Made by a program: the position numbers and the translations under genes. A stretch of DNA of 63,816 nt, counting the filler, from Elsinoe ampelina (lineage: Eukaryota), in assembly GCA_010093995.1 (NCBI GenBank). It is 32 parts of 32 records of this genome, joined end to end, with 100 filler letters (N's around TTAATTAATTAA, not from the genome) between each part and the next. Parts side by side here need not be neighbours in the genome. Positions count along the whole stretch, not along the records: positions 25,159 to 27,113 come from ML992626.1; positions 27,214 to 29,104 come from ML992627.1; positions 29,205 to 31,088 come from ML992628.1; positions 31,189 to 33,061 come from ML992629.1; positions 33,162 to 35,026 come from ML992630.1; positions 35,127 to 36,911 come from ML992631.1; 26 more parts are not named here. One strand, 5' to 3'. How positions within the stretch are numbered: position 1 is the first letter of the stretch; each line of letters starts with the position of its first letter. Positions 25,159 to 37,011 of the stretch are shown one piece after another. Under the pieces are notes generated by a model. That model ran no database searches. It was not told the DNA's origin and was given only the letters and a program-made list of their open reading frames with translations.

Positions 25159-26914
25159 TACTATTCTATATAAACTATAGAATATACCCGGATCTATACT
25201 ATAATATACTTAGAATTAAGCTAATATCTAAGGATACTAATATACTAGTAGCTAATATTAAGAAACTATATAACTAGCTATACTATAATATATTATTTAT
25301 ATTATAAAGAATAGTAGAGTTTACTAACTAGAAGAGAATTACAGGACTAATTCTATAGGAGGAGAAGAAAGTTTACCTCCTTAGTAAAAACATTAAAACG
25401 AAATAACTAAGTAAGAAACTTAACTACACTAAACTAGGACCCTTTAAGATCCTAGAAAAGAAAAATAAGAACATATATAAACTAGAACTACTAAGATATA
25501 TAAGGATCTATCTAGTCTCTTATATATTACTACTAGAGAGAGTACTATAGAATACTATACCTAGACCTATTAAACTAGATAAAGAAATACAGGAACTATA
25601 GTATAAGATTAAAAGGGTTTTATATTATAAACTTATTAAAGGAAAACGCTACTATCTTATTTACTAGAAGGGATATTAGTATAGTAAAGCAACATAGGAA
25701 CTAGAGGAGTACTTTACCTTATAAATAATTCTAAATTACTAAATTAAGAACCTATCCTAAGTAAACTAACTAGACGGACCTAGTACTCCTAATACTAAAC
25801 AAAAACGAGAATGCCTAAGGAAAGTTACTTAGCTAATAGAAGTACCTTAATCGTTGCTAAATAGAGAATCCTAGTTAGAGTTAGGCATAAATAATTACTA
25901 GTCCTATAGTAGGATAGGATCTACTAATAATAGTATTTCCTCCTACTCTAGGACTTAAATATAGGTCTCTTCTAGAGAGATTACTTTCTTTGCCTTATCC
26001 TTTAACTTTTATATCTCTTTATATAGGCGAAGCTTATTGCCTATAGCTCTTTAATAAGCCTCTTCTACCTTTTTATAAGCTTCTTTAGCTTCCTTTCTAG
26101 TAGTCTTAGCTATAACTAATTCCTTTTGTAAACGAATATACTTAGACTAGAGACGCTACTATTCTAATTTTATTACTTAAATATTATAACTTAAGTAGTT
26201 ACTTACGATATACTAGCTATAGATACCCGACTAAATATAAACCTTATAATTTAGCCTCTTTAATTTGTAACAAGAATAAGCCTATAGTATATTAGTTCCG
26301 AATAGTTCGATAAACTTTAAAAGATTCTTTCGTATAGATATGCTAGATTTACTATGCCTTTAATAACTAGGAGGTATATTTAGTATATAGCGTATAAAGA
26401 CAAGAAAGAATACTTACTTATTAGGACAACTTAATTAAAGAAGGAGAGTAATGTTATAAACTAGTAGAATAGCTAGAGCGTAGAGATATTAGGGCTAATT
26501 AAACTACTAAGGTTATTATATAACCTAGCCCGACATTTACCTAGTTCTCTATCTTCTTTAGTAGCTCTACCCTAGAGACTATAGAGTACATAGGTTACTA
26601 GTAGATATATACTCTATACTACTCCTAGCTTTCGCTACGGAGTATATAGAGTATATAAAGTACATAATAGAGAATATATATATATAGAAATAGTCCTTAC
26701 CTTATATAAGTACTATAGTTAACCTTGTCTAGATAGCGAATACTAGTATTACTAAGGCTAGCCTTTGTAATACTATCTAATTATACTTTATTATCTATAA
26801 GATATACCTTCTCTAACTCTTACCTTAGTACTATACTACTATAGAAGTAGAACTACCTCGTTCTTAGCTTAGCTTAGACTACTAGCGTAGACTATGTTTA
26901 GATAGTTCGTAATA
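25159..26914 (+). mobile_element. Gypsy family F 3' end: integrase tail, chromodomain, extra 3' region, polypurine tract and 3' LTR (26452-26914)
   Basis: De-RIP KNIKTKRPSKKLDYTKLGPF and YLIHWKGYQHSEATWEPEEH. AAAGAAGGAGAG purine tract, then a 463-bp LTR matching 59621-60083 and 37012-37290. Confidence 0.9.
25829..26377 (-). pseudogene. Antisense accessory gene of gypsy family F: Zn2Cys6-like cluster plus coiled coil (~182 aa), RIP-mutated
   Basis: 549-nt frame without indels. De-RIP reading: AC-SC-C-KSKGLD-C-KVHIRSGI-C-GQ-C-x7-C-DIQVTKSEWQRL...RLQKEL...; the stops are RIP-type (TGG/CAG/CAA to TAG/TAA). Confidence 0.7.
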
Positions 26915-27113
26915 TAGAACAAGAGTCTAATTACTAAAATGTATAGCGTATAAACGAATAATCTACTCGAACTTGCAATTTATAACCTCTAATTAGCTGT
27001 CGGTTTATAGGTGCCCTATAGTAGATAGTTTAGTAGTAATCTTTAGGATTTAGTAGAGCCTCTACTATACGTCGCTAACGAACTAAGGGCCGTAGTTAGA
27101 GGTAATACTATCT
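26915..27113 (-). mobile_element. Gypsy family A integrase fragment (target of the family F insertion)
   Basis: Matches 9415-9615. Confidence 0.8.
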
Positions 27114-27213
27114 NNNNNNNNNNNNNNNNNNNNNNNNNNNNNNNNNNNNNNNNNNNNTTAATTAATTAANNNNNNNNNNNNNNNNNNNNNNNNNNNNNNN
27201 NNNNNNNNNNNNN

Positions 27214-29104
27214 TAGCTGCTTAGTAAGTATATAGATGTTAACCTTATTTAGCTTAGCTCTTATTAATAGTACGTTAGAAGGGGGCTAGAAGCTTAGCCT
27301 TAGCTTATATTCTCTAGTAACCTTAAATAGCAATAGCTTAGTACTCTCTAATAGGTTAACGTTAGTAGAGAATTCTATAACTAGTAGAATAAGTGTCTAA
27401 TTACTAAAGCGTATAGTATATAAACGAATAACTTACTTAAACTTACAATTTATAACCTCTAATTAGCTATCTATTTATAGATACTCTATAGTAGATAGTT
27501 TAGTAGTAATCTTTAGGATTTAGTAGAGCCTCTTCTATACGTCGCTAACGAACTAAGGGCCGTAATCCGAGGTAATACTATCTAGTAGACTATATAGTTT
27601 CTACACGTAGAAGAATAATAGCTTAGTAGTCTCGAACGCTAAAGTGCTACCTTCTCTAGAGAAGTACGGGATTAAGTACCGTTCCTTAGATAGATAGTCG
27701 ATAATATAGAGTACTACGTTATAGCTATCTACTAAGGGTAGACTAGTAACAAAGTCTATAGTAATATATTGCTATAGTCTTACTAGAATAGGTAATAGAG
27801 AGAGAAGACTAGCTAGTAGGCTATAGCGAGCCTTCGACTATTTATAGTTATAGTAGTTAGTAATAAACCTCTTTACGTTACTATTACATCTAGGAATATA
27901 GAAGGTAGTAATTATAGTAGATATCTTAGTAGCTCCCCTATATACGTAGTCTTTTAATGTATAAACCTCTTAGATGACTTTTATAGCTATAGAGAAAGGC
28001 ACGATTAATTGGCTATCGGCCTATAGTATCTCTCTCTCGATTGTAACATTAGTTAATAGTAGCTATTTCCTCTTTAGGAAGGCCTCTATTATATAGTAAA
28101 TACTGTAGACTATTTTGAAGTTAGAATCTCGTAAGTTAGCTTTAGCTACTTTATTAAACAATAGTAAAGTTTACTCTCCTAAGGTCAAAATAGGTGCTAT
28201 ATAAGTACCTAGCTCGCGAGCCGAAATAGGCGGCGAACTAGTTCCTAAACTAGGTCCTAGTTCGGAGGCCGAACTAGATAGTAGTATAGGTAGTAAACTA
28301 GACAACGAACTAGTTCTTAGTTTAGCTTAAGTTACAAATCCGATTTAGACGCGACCTAGATTCAGTTCGTTAATAATATACTAATTAAGCACTTTATATA
28401 GTAATAGCGTCTAGTATAAGTTAGAGTTCTCCTTCAAGTGTAGTATATCTCCGTTTCTCCTTATAAGAGCGTTAGCTTTACCATTAGCGACGCTAGGCCT
28501 ATATATAATTTTAAAGTTAAACTAAGTAAGGTAGAGAGCCTAGCGTACTTAGCGGCGTAATAGCTTTTAAGTCTTTATAAAGTATATTAAGGATTAGTAG
28601 TTAGTAAGGACGTAGATAGCCTTATTAGATTAAGTCTTTATAAGCTTAGGGGCCTACTCCTCGAAGGCTTAGACGATAGCTAGTAGCTCCTTATCGTAGA
28701 TAGCGTAGTTACGCTCGGCTTTATTTATAGACTTACTAAAAAAGGTAATAGGCTAGAGGACGTTAGACTTATTATATTATAATAGAATTCTCGTAGTAGT
28801 AGTATTAGAAGCGTTAGTCTCGAGGACTATCTACTTTAAGTAATTAAAATATATAAGGATAGGCACACTCGTAATAGTATACTTTATATAGTTAAAGGTA
28901 GCAATATATTTGTCGTTCTATAGCGTAGCGTCCTTCTTAAGCAAGTTATTTAATAGCTTAGCGATAGTGCTAAATCCCTTAATAAAGTAGTAGTAGTAGC
29001 TATAGAAACTAATAAAGCTCCTTACCTAAGTAGTATTACTAGGGGCTAGCTATTTCTACGCTTATATAGCTTCTACCTTCTTAGGATCTATCTTAACTCT
29101 ATCT
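27214..29104 (-). mobile_element. Gypsy family A pol (RT end, RNase H, integrase), RIP-mutated
   Basis: Reverse complement of 60996-62382; also matches 9250-10661. Confidence 0.87.
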
Positions 29105-29204
29105 NNNNNNNNNNNNNNNNNNNNNNNNNNNNNNNNNNNNNNNNNNNNTTAATTAATTAANNNNNNNNNNNNNNNNNNNNNNNNNNNNNNNNNNNNNNNN
29201 NNNN

Positions 29205-31088
29205 AGAGAGACGCTAAGTGCTATAGTTATAGTAAAACTAGTTATATTAAGCCGGAGTATAGGTCGAAGCACCTATAGAAGAATAGTAAGTCTTAGGCAG
29301 TATATAAGGTTGCTACTATAGACAAGTCTAATAACTCTAAGTTAGGAAACTCTAAGGGCTTAGCTAAAGAGCGTAACTAAGCCCTTTCCCCCTTTTAATT
29401 AACGCTTACCTATCGCTACCCTATAATAGCGCTATTATAGCGCCTATAGAGCGTAAAGGCTATATATTTCTTATAGATAACTATATAAAAGTTAATCTTA
29501 TATCGTAGGTATTTGCCCTACGTTACGATTTACTAAGAGTTAAGTATACTTAGTATCTAAGTATATCTTCCTTTATAGAGTAAGCCGGATTCTACTATAG
29601 TACGCACTAGCTTCGTATATGCCTAGTAGACTCCTATAGTAACCTTAGGGAGATAATCGGCCTCTTCTACACTATAGACTTAGGACTAGGCTCTCTAGTT
29701 ATCTTAGGGCGCCTATAGCGAAGAAAATAATATATAATTATAGATAGCGCTATAGATAACTAGTTATATAGCTACTCCTTATATATAGTTTACTTACGCG
29801 AACTAGAAGACTTTATAAAGAACCTTAAGAATAAGCCGAAGATATACGCTATAGTATAGACTCTATCTAAGGAGAGCACTTATGCTATAAGTAACCTAGC
29901 TCTTTCGCTAGAGTTCGTAGAGTTCTTTAATATCTTTATATATAAGGACATTACTAACCTACTACGCCTACTAGGCGTAGAGTATATAATTAAGCTAGAG
30001 CTAGGTAAGAGACCTCTATTCTAGCCCTTATATAACCTTTTAGTTAAGAAGCTTAAAGTACTTAAGGACTATCTCGAGACTACTTAATTAAATAAGTAAA
30101 TTAGGCACTCTATAAGTAAGGTAAGTACTTCTATCTTATTCGTGCCTAAGAAAGATAGTAGTTTACGCTTATATATAAATTATCGAGGCTTAAACGAGGT
30201 AACTATTAAGAATTGCTACCTACTTCTACTTATTAGCGAGACGCTTAATTAGCTTAGGTAAGCCTAGTAGTTTTCGAAGTTAAATCTTAAGGATATCTAC
30301 TATAGGATCCCTATTAAGCGTAGTAACAAGTAGAAGACTACGTTCTATATATACTATAGCTATTTTAAGTATTTAGTTATGCCTTTTAGATTAACTAACG
30401 CTCTAGCTACCTTCTAAGCGTATATTAATAAAGCGCTAGGTAGACTAGTTAATATAATCTATATTGTCTACCTTAATAATATTCTTATCTATAGTAACTC
30501 GAGGGAGAACTATATATATTATATATATAAGATTCTAGTAAGGCTATAGAGGTTTACTTTATATACTAGCCTTAAGAAGTGTAAATTCTTTACTAAGGAG
30601 GTAGAATTTCTTAGCTATATTATCTCTACCGTAGGCGTCTCGATAGATCTAAGTAGAGTATCTATAATTAAGAATTAGCTAAGGCTAAAGAGTTATTATA
30701 AAGTCTAGTAGTTTACTAGCTTTACGAATTTCTACTACTACTTTATGTAGTATTACTCTAAGATTATTACCTCTCTCTCTAGCCTCCTTAAAGGCTTAGT
30801 TAAAGGTTATAAGTATAGCTCTTTCGTGTAGGGTATAAGTAAATAGTAGACGTTTAAGAATATTAGAGACATATTTACGTATACCTCTATCCTTCGCTAC
30901 TATAATTCTACGCTGCCTCTACGTATTAAAAGTAATATATTAAAGTTTATAGCGGTAGCGATTCTATCCTAACTATTCGATAGTACTTAGTATCTAATAG
31001 CCTTTTAGTTAAGGAAGTTTATCCTAGTAGAGTATAACTACGAGACGTACGACTAAGAGTTATTAGTAATTGTATATATATTTAAGTA
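29205..31088 (+). mobile_element. Gypsy family B zinc knuckle, protease, RT and RNase H, RIP-mutated
   Basis: Homologous to 1350-2738. De-RIP YLDDILIYS at ~30470 and NYETYDQELLAIV at ~31035. Confidence 0.88.
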
Positions 31089-31188
31089 NNNNNNNNNNNN
31101 NNNNNNNNNNNNNNNNNNNNNNNNNNNNNNNNTTAATTAATTAANNNNNNNNNNNNNNNNNNNNNNNNNNNNNNNNNNNNNNNNNNNN

Positions 31189-33061
31189 CTTATATTAAAG
31201 CTATATATATTATAATATAGAGAACGCCTATCTAACTAAATAGTCCGTTAGTAGTAGAACTAATTACTATTAAGCCCTAGGCGCAAGCGCTATATAGAAT
31301 ATCTAGGTGCGTTATATAAGTAGGACTAGCCGCTACTAAGTGCCGCTCTAATACTATACTCTTATAATTGCCTTCTCCTCTAGGGGAGCTATTCTTAGCT
31401 CTACGCTAGCACATTAAATGTATAATTTAAGGCGAAGGTAACGTAGGCCTTAAGGTATTTTCGGTTATATATTACATATAAATCGTATACTACTTAGTTA
31501 TTATAGTCCTAATAGTCTAGGTCGAAGGGGGCGTTTATCTAGTTACTATAGTATTAAAGCTAATTAGTAGTAACAATATTACTTTTTCTTAAAATTCCTA
31601 GTAGTACTATAGGGGACGCGCGCTCTACGCTAGCGGCTATAATAAAGATATAGTACACTAGAGGTTAGTATATATAACCTTACTATTGCCTCTTACTTTC
31701 TCTCTTCTATATATTAAAATATATTTTTATTTTCTTAGACCTCTACTTTAATATAGCGCTTCTTACTTAACTTATACTTACCTTGTAATGTCTACTCCTT
31801 TATATAATATATATAGCTCTAGCTCTTATTAGTCCCCTATAACTCTCTCGGGTGTGTCTTATACGACTCTCGCTAGCGTAGGTCCTACGCTAGCTTCCCT
31901 CTACTATAGGTGTACTATAGGCATTAATAAGAGTAAGTATAGTCTATTCGAATATAATTTGTAACTAATATATAGTAGAATTTAACTATATTAGTAGGAA
32001 TTTTAGTACCCTTACTAAGAAGAAGTATACTTACTATATTAAGAGTTACTATACCTACGAGCTACTTCTACCTTACCTATATAGTAACTATATAGCTATA
32101 TATAACGTATTTAACTCGCTTACGGAGATCGACAACAATAATAACAACACGCCTATAGACCGCGCGACTCTTAATAAGACTCTTAAGAACTTTAAGAATT
32201 TGTTAAAGGTATACTATACTAATAAGAATAAGGTTACTAGTAAGGTATCTACGCCTCGTGCTAGCTATATAGGCGCTATATATAGCGCACTTAACTAGGA
32301 GAAGGTAGTAGAGCTTTAGAAGATTAAGAGAACCTTAACTACCTTAGTAGCGGTTAGATAGGAGATATATTAGCTACGTCGCTTATATATCTATCTTACG
32401 ACTAATATACTTAGATAGTGTATAATACTAGTAGGTTAACTAAGTACTTCGATAGGATTATAGCTAGAGGAGAGTTTTTTAAGGATAAGAATAAGATTAA
32501 GAAGAATAATAAGAATAGAGAGTAGTAGGGTAGTTATATACAAGCTAGGTGTACGTCTCTAGTGCTATACCTATAAGGCCTTATATATAGTATAGAAGTT
32601 TACGGCGTTTAGAATAATACTTACATAGCTAGCGTAAGTATAGCGCTTTATTAAAATATATTACTCTAGACAAGGAGTCTATCCTTTAACTAGTTTATAT
32701 GCTTATATAATTTAACTACTTATATGCTCTATAATCTACACCTTCCGCGACTCTTCTTAGGCGCTCTTAGCTATAACTTATATATAGTAATTAGCTCTCT
32801 CGTATTTACGTAATTCTCTTTAGGTTCCTAGCTATTAAACTCGATAGGCTAGTCCTTTTACTTTACTAAGTAGAACACCTTACTCTTCGTAGTTCTCTTA
32901 CCTAGGATTTTCTCTACTATCTACTTATCTACTTTATCTACGAGAGGTATACTCTCTTCTAGCTCTTTACTAGCTCTACCTATCTATAGTTCGAGAAGAG
33001 ATATATAAAAGACATTATAGATATAATACTAACTTAGTAAGGCTAGGTAATATACCTATAA
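31189..33061 (-). mobile_element. Gypsy family B 3' end: chromodomain, ~1.4-kb extra region, polypurine tract and partial 3' LTR (31189-31366)
   Basis: 32790-33061 matches 5513-5785. The minus strand shows GAGGAGAAGG immediately before the LTR start. Confidence 0.87.
31788..32525 (+). pseudogene. Spliced antisense accessory gene of gypsy family B: six-cysteine cluster, helical region and acidic tail, RIP-mutated
   Basis: ATG 31788. Intron 31933-31975 (GTAAGT...ACTAAT...TAG) is phase-compatible. De-RIP C-HR-C-x10-C-x12-C-x2-C-x6-C-EPLP. A probable second intron at 32365-32414, then ...EDEDEIEEDDEDGE-stop. Confidence 0.62.
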
Positions 33062-33161
33062 NNNNNNNNNNNNNNNNNNNNNNNNNNNNNNNNNNNNNNN
33101 NNNNNTTAATTAATTAANNNNNNNNNNNNNNNNNNNNNNNNNNNNNNNNNNNNNNNNNNNN

Positions 33162-35026
33162 ATACGCTTAGAAGGTAGCTAGGGCATTAGTTAATCTAAA
33201 AGGTATAACTAAGTACTTAAAATAGCTATAGTATATATAGAATATAGTCTTCTACTCGTTACTACGCTTAATAGAGATCCTATAGTAGGTATCCTTTAGA
33301 TCTAACTTTAAGAACTACTAAGCTTACCCGAGCTAATTAAGTATCTTACTAATAAGTAGAAGTAGGTAACAATTCTTAATAGTTACCTCGTTTAAGCCCT
33401 AGTAATCTACGTATAAGTATAGAGTACTATCCTTTTTAGGTATAAATAAGATAGAAGCACCTACCTTACTTATAGAGCGCTAGATCTACCTATTTAATTT
33501 AGTAGTCTTAAGATAGTATTTAAGTACTTTTAGCTCGTTAACTAAAAGGTTTTATAAGGGCTAGAACGAAGGCCTTTTACTAGGCTCTAGCTTAATTATA
33601 TACTCGGCGCCTAGTAGGCGTAGTAATTTAGTAATATTCTTATAGATAAAGACATTAAAGAACTCTATAAACTCTAATAGTAGAGCTAGGTCGCCTACGG
33701 CGTAGGTATAGTCCTTAGATAGAGTCTATACTATAGCGTATATTCTTAGCTTATTCTAGAGGTCCTTTATAAAGTCTTCTAGTTTACGTAGGTAGACTAT
33801 ATATAAGAAGTAGCTATATAACTAGTTATCCGTAGTGCTATTTATAATTATGTATTATCTTCTCTACTATAGGCGCCCTAAAATAACTAGAGGGCCTAGT
33901 TCTAAGTCTATAGCGTAGAAGAGGCTAATTGTCTCCCTAAGGTCGCTATAGAAGTCTACTAGGCATATATAAAGCTAGTACGCGCCGTAGTAGAATCTAG
34001 CTTACTCTATAAAGAAAGAGATACTTAGATACTAAGTATACTTAACCTTTAGTAGATCGTAACGAAGGGTAAATACCTAAGATATAAGATTAACTTCTAT
34101 ATAATTGTCTATAAGAAATATATAGTCTTTGCGCCTTATAGGTGCTATAATAGCGCTATAATAGAGTAGCAATAGATAAGTGTTAATTAGGAGAGAAGAA
34201 GGGCTTAGTTATACTCTTTAGCTAAGCCCTTAGAGTTTACTAACTTAGAGTTATTAACCTTATTAGTAGTAGTAACCTTACGTACCGCCTACGACTTATT
34301 ATTCTTCTATAAGTGCTTTAACCTATACTCTAGCTTAATATAACTAGTTCTACTATAGCTATAATACTTAGTATTCTTCTTTTACTTATTAGAGGAACCT
34401 CTCTACCTACTAAACTATTTAGTAGGTAGGTTAGTAGCTTCGCGCTTATAGTAAGCTTAAGAGCTACTACCGGACTAGTAGTAGTATCCTCCTCGAGAGC
34501 TACTATAACTACTATACTTACGTAGGTAGTTACTTTTATCTTTCTATATAGCGTACTTACTACTAGTATAGTCTATAGACTTAATACGTAAGTCTAAAGA
34601 GACTAACTCCTAGCGCGTAGCTAGAATAGTATAGTGTTTAATAATAGTAGTACGTAGCGTAGGCTATAGCTTAGTAAGGAGGTAATATACCTTCTACTCC
34701 TTAGAGTAGAGAGCTAGTTACTCCTTAAGGGTAGTAAGCTCTAAGGCAAAGGCCTAGATAGATTAGCCCTTATATTATTAGGCTCCCTTATATACGAGAG
34801 TTACGCGTACTTTACAATTAATAGAGTTATTAACTATGTCCTATATAAACTAGTAGAATTACTCCTACGTATAGCTTTCTAGGCTATCTACGTAGTAGTA
34901 GTAATACTATATCTTATCTAGCTTACCTACGAGAAATATAACTCTATAGAGCACCTTCTACTAGTTAGTAGAATAAGCCTTAGAGGCTAGAGTAAAGATA
35001 ACCTCGAGATTCTTTAGGAAGGATCT
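33162..35026 (-). mobile_element. Gypsy family B gag, protease and RT, RIP-mutated
   Basis: Reverse complement of 1200-2560 and 52215-52951. Confidence 0.87.
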
Positions 35027-35126
35027 NNNNNNNNNNNNNNNNNNNNNNNNNNNNNNNNNNNNNNNNNNNNTTAATTAATTAANNNNNNNNNNNNNNNNNN
35101 NNNNNNNNNNNNNNNNNNNNNNNNNN

Positions 35127-36911
35127 ATCAGGAACTACACTGATGTTTGGGTAAAGCTGCTGAGGTTTATCTGGAGGACCTGGGACCTGGCTGAGGGGGA
35201 TAGACCAGGATACAAGCTGCTGACTACACAGAGGACATTCCTGATGAATGTTATGGACTTAGCAAGACGAGATGATGGGGATGATGACATCAGGAGCCAA
35301 CTGGTTGAGAGTCTTGGGCAATTCTGGCTGTCCATGTTCCAGCATGAGCTTGGTGATGATCATCATGAAAGTGCTCTGGTTAGTGGACTTGCTATTCTTG
35401 GCTTAAACACTGAAGATGGGAGCTGGGCCAGACCTGAGAACTTCAGCTCTACCATTGCAGCCCTGGTGACCATTGGCAAGGCACTGGTAGTCAGACAAGC
35501 ATGGAAGCAGAGGGAAGATGAGATAGACAACCTGGTTGAAGCTGAGGAGCTTAACAGGTCTAAGGCCAAGGAGATGGTACCAGGAATTCTCATAAGGGTA
35601 CAGGAGACAGTCCAGAAGTTCATGGCCATTGCTAGCTTCCATGGGCGACCAAATGTGATGGACAGGCTGGTTAGGATGCTCAAGTATGGCAGGGAGGTTA
35701 GGAACACCACCAAGGGTCCAGCCAGGATTGCCTGGGAAGGTGAAGTAATCATGGTTGATGAGGTCAAGTTCTCCATGCCTGACCTAAAGATGACTGTTCA
35801 TGGGTTACTGGCAACCTGCTGGAGGCGTATGAGGATTGACTTGATGCGTTTAGGAGAGGAAGATAAAAAGGGGCAAGAACTGCCATCCCTGGAGCTCAGG
35901 AACCTACAGGACTCCCCAGGAGAGATGAGGGAAGGCTTCAGCTTTCTTACCCTCCAGAGCAATCAATGGTCTGTGGATGGGTCATCCTGGCTGGCTCAGA
36001 GGCTGCTGAGGTACATTGGCAGACCTCAAGGTAGCAAAGGCTTTCTCCTGAACCAGGATGCAGTCAAGGAATGGGTCTCTCAGCTCAGGAAATTCAAGGA
36101 AGAACTGTTTGTCCTGGTACATCTCACTGGAGGCGCTCCTGCCAGGGGCACGGAGATAGTCAGTATCAAGTGCCAGAATGGCCCTGATGGGAGGATAGGC
36201 AGGGGGATATTCCTGGACAGAGGCCTGGTCAGCTTTGTGTCATCCTATCACAAGGTATCCAGGATCAAGAGCAGGGCAAGGACAGTGCATAGATATGTCC
36301 CTCAGGAAGTCAGCCAGTTGGTGGTATATTATCTCTGGCTTATAAGACCTTTCAGTAGGCAGCTGGATGGCTTCTGGAGGGGCAACTATGAGGACAGTGG
36401 GTATCTCTGGGAGCCAGAACCTGAGGCTGAGTGGAGTGATGAGGAGGCAGAAGATCATGGCTCCAGGTCTGACAGGGGAGAACTCATGGATGTCACTGGT
36501 TGGGATGAAGGGGTAGGAGGGTCAGCAGAGACCTCACCACCAGGACTGCCAGCTGGACAGCCTAAGAACCTTGATGGATTCTGGAGCACTAATAGGAGAA
36601 GAAGAGTACTCAGCAGGGAGACTTCTAGTCGCATGGGGGCCAGGATTACCATGGCATCCTGGAGGCAGGTCTACCCTGCTATCCAGAGGAACTATACTAG
36701 GGATGTATCTGCCAGGGCCGTCCTAGATGATCTGTTCACCCATGAAGAGGGGGCTTGGGCAAAGGGCTCGACAGGAAAGGGCAAAGAACTGTCCCTGAAC
36801 ATCAGGGAAGAGCAGTCAGGCCATAGTAAGTGGATGGAAGAGTTAGTGTATGGGATCCTCTACTCTGAGTCTCCTAACAGTACCCTGTCAGAAAGGGAAG
36901 ACTTCAGGAAG
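35127..36911 (+). CDS. Telomere-linked RecQ helicase (TLH)-type protein, N-terminal/central fragment, open across the whole contig
   Basis: 595 stop-free codons (IRNYTDVWVKLLRFIWRT...SALVSGLAILG...HLTGGAPARGTE...HRYVP...YYLWLIRPF...). 36300-36911 appears identical to 56357-56968, which continues into helicase motifs. Confidence 0.88.
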
Positions 36912-37011
36912 NNNNNNNNNNNNNNNNNNNNNNNNNNNNNNNNNNNNNNNNNNNNTTAATTAATTAANNNNNNNNNNNNNNNNNNNNNNNNNNNNNNNNN
37001 NNNNNNNNNNN

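Noticed and set aside
35135..36652. Minus-strand ORFs opposite the TLH (also 56309-57798)
   Set aside because: They are shadow ORFs of the long + strand frame.
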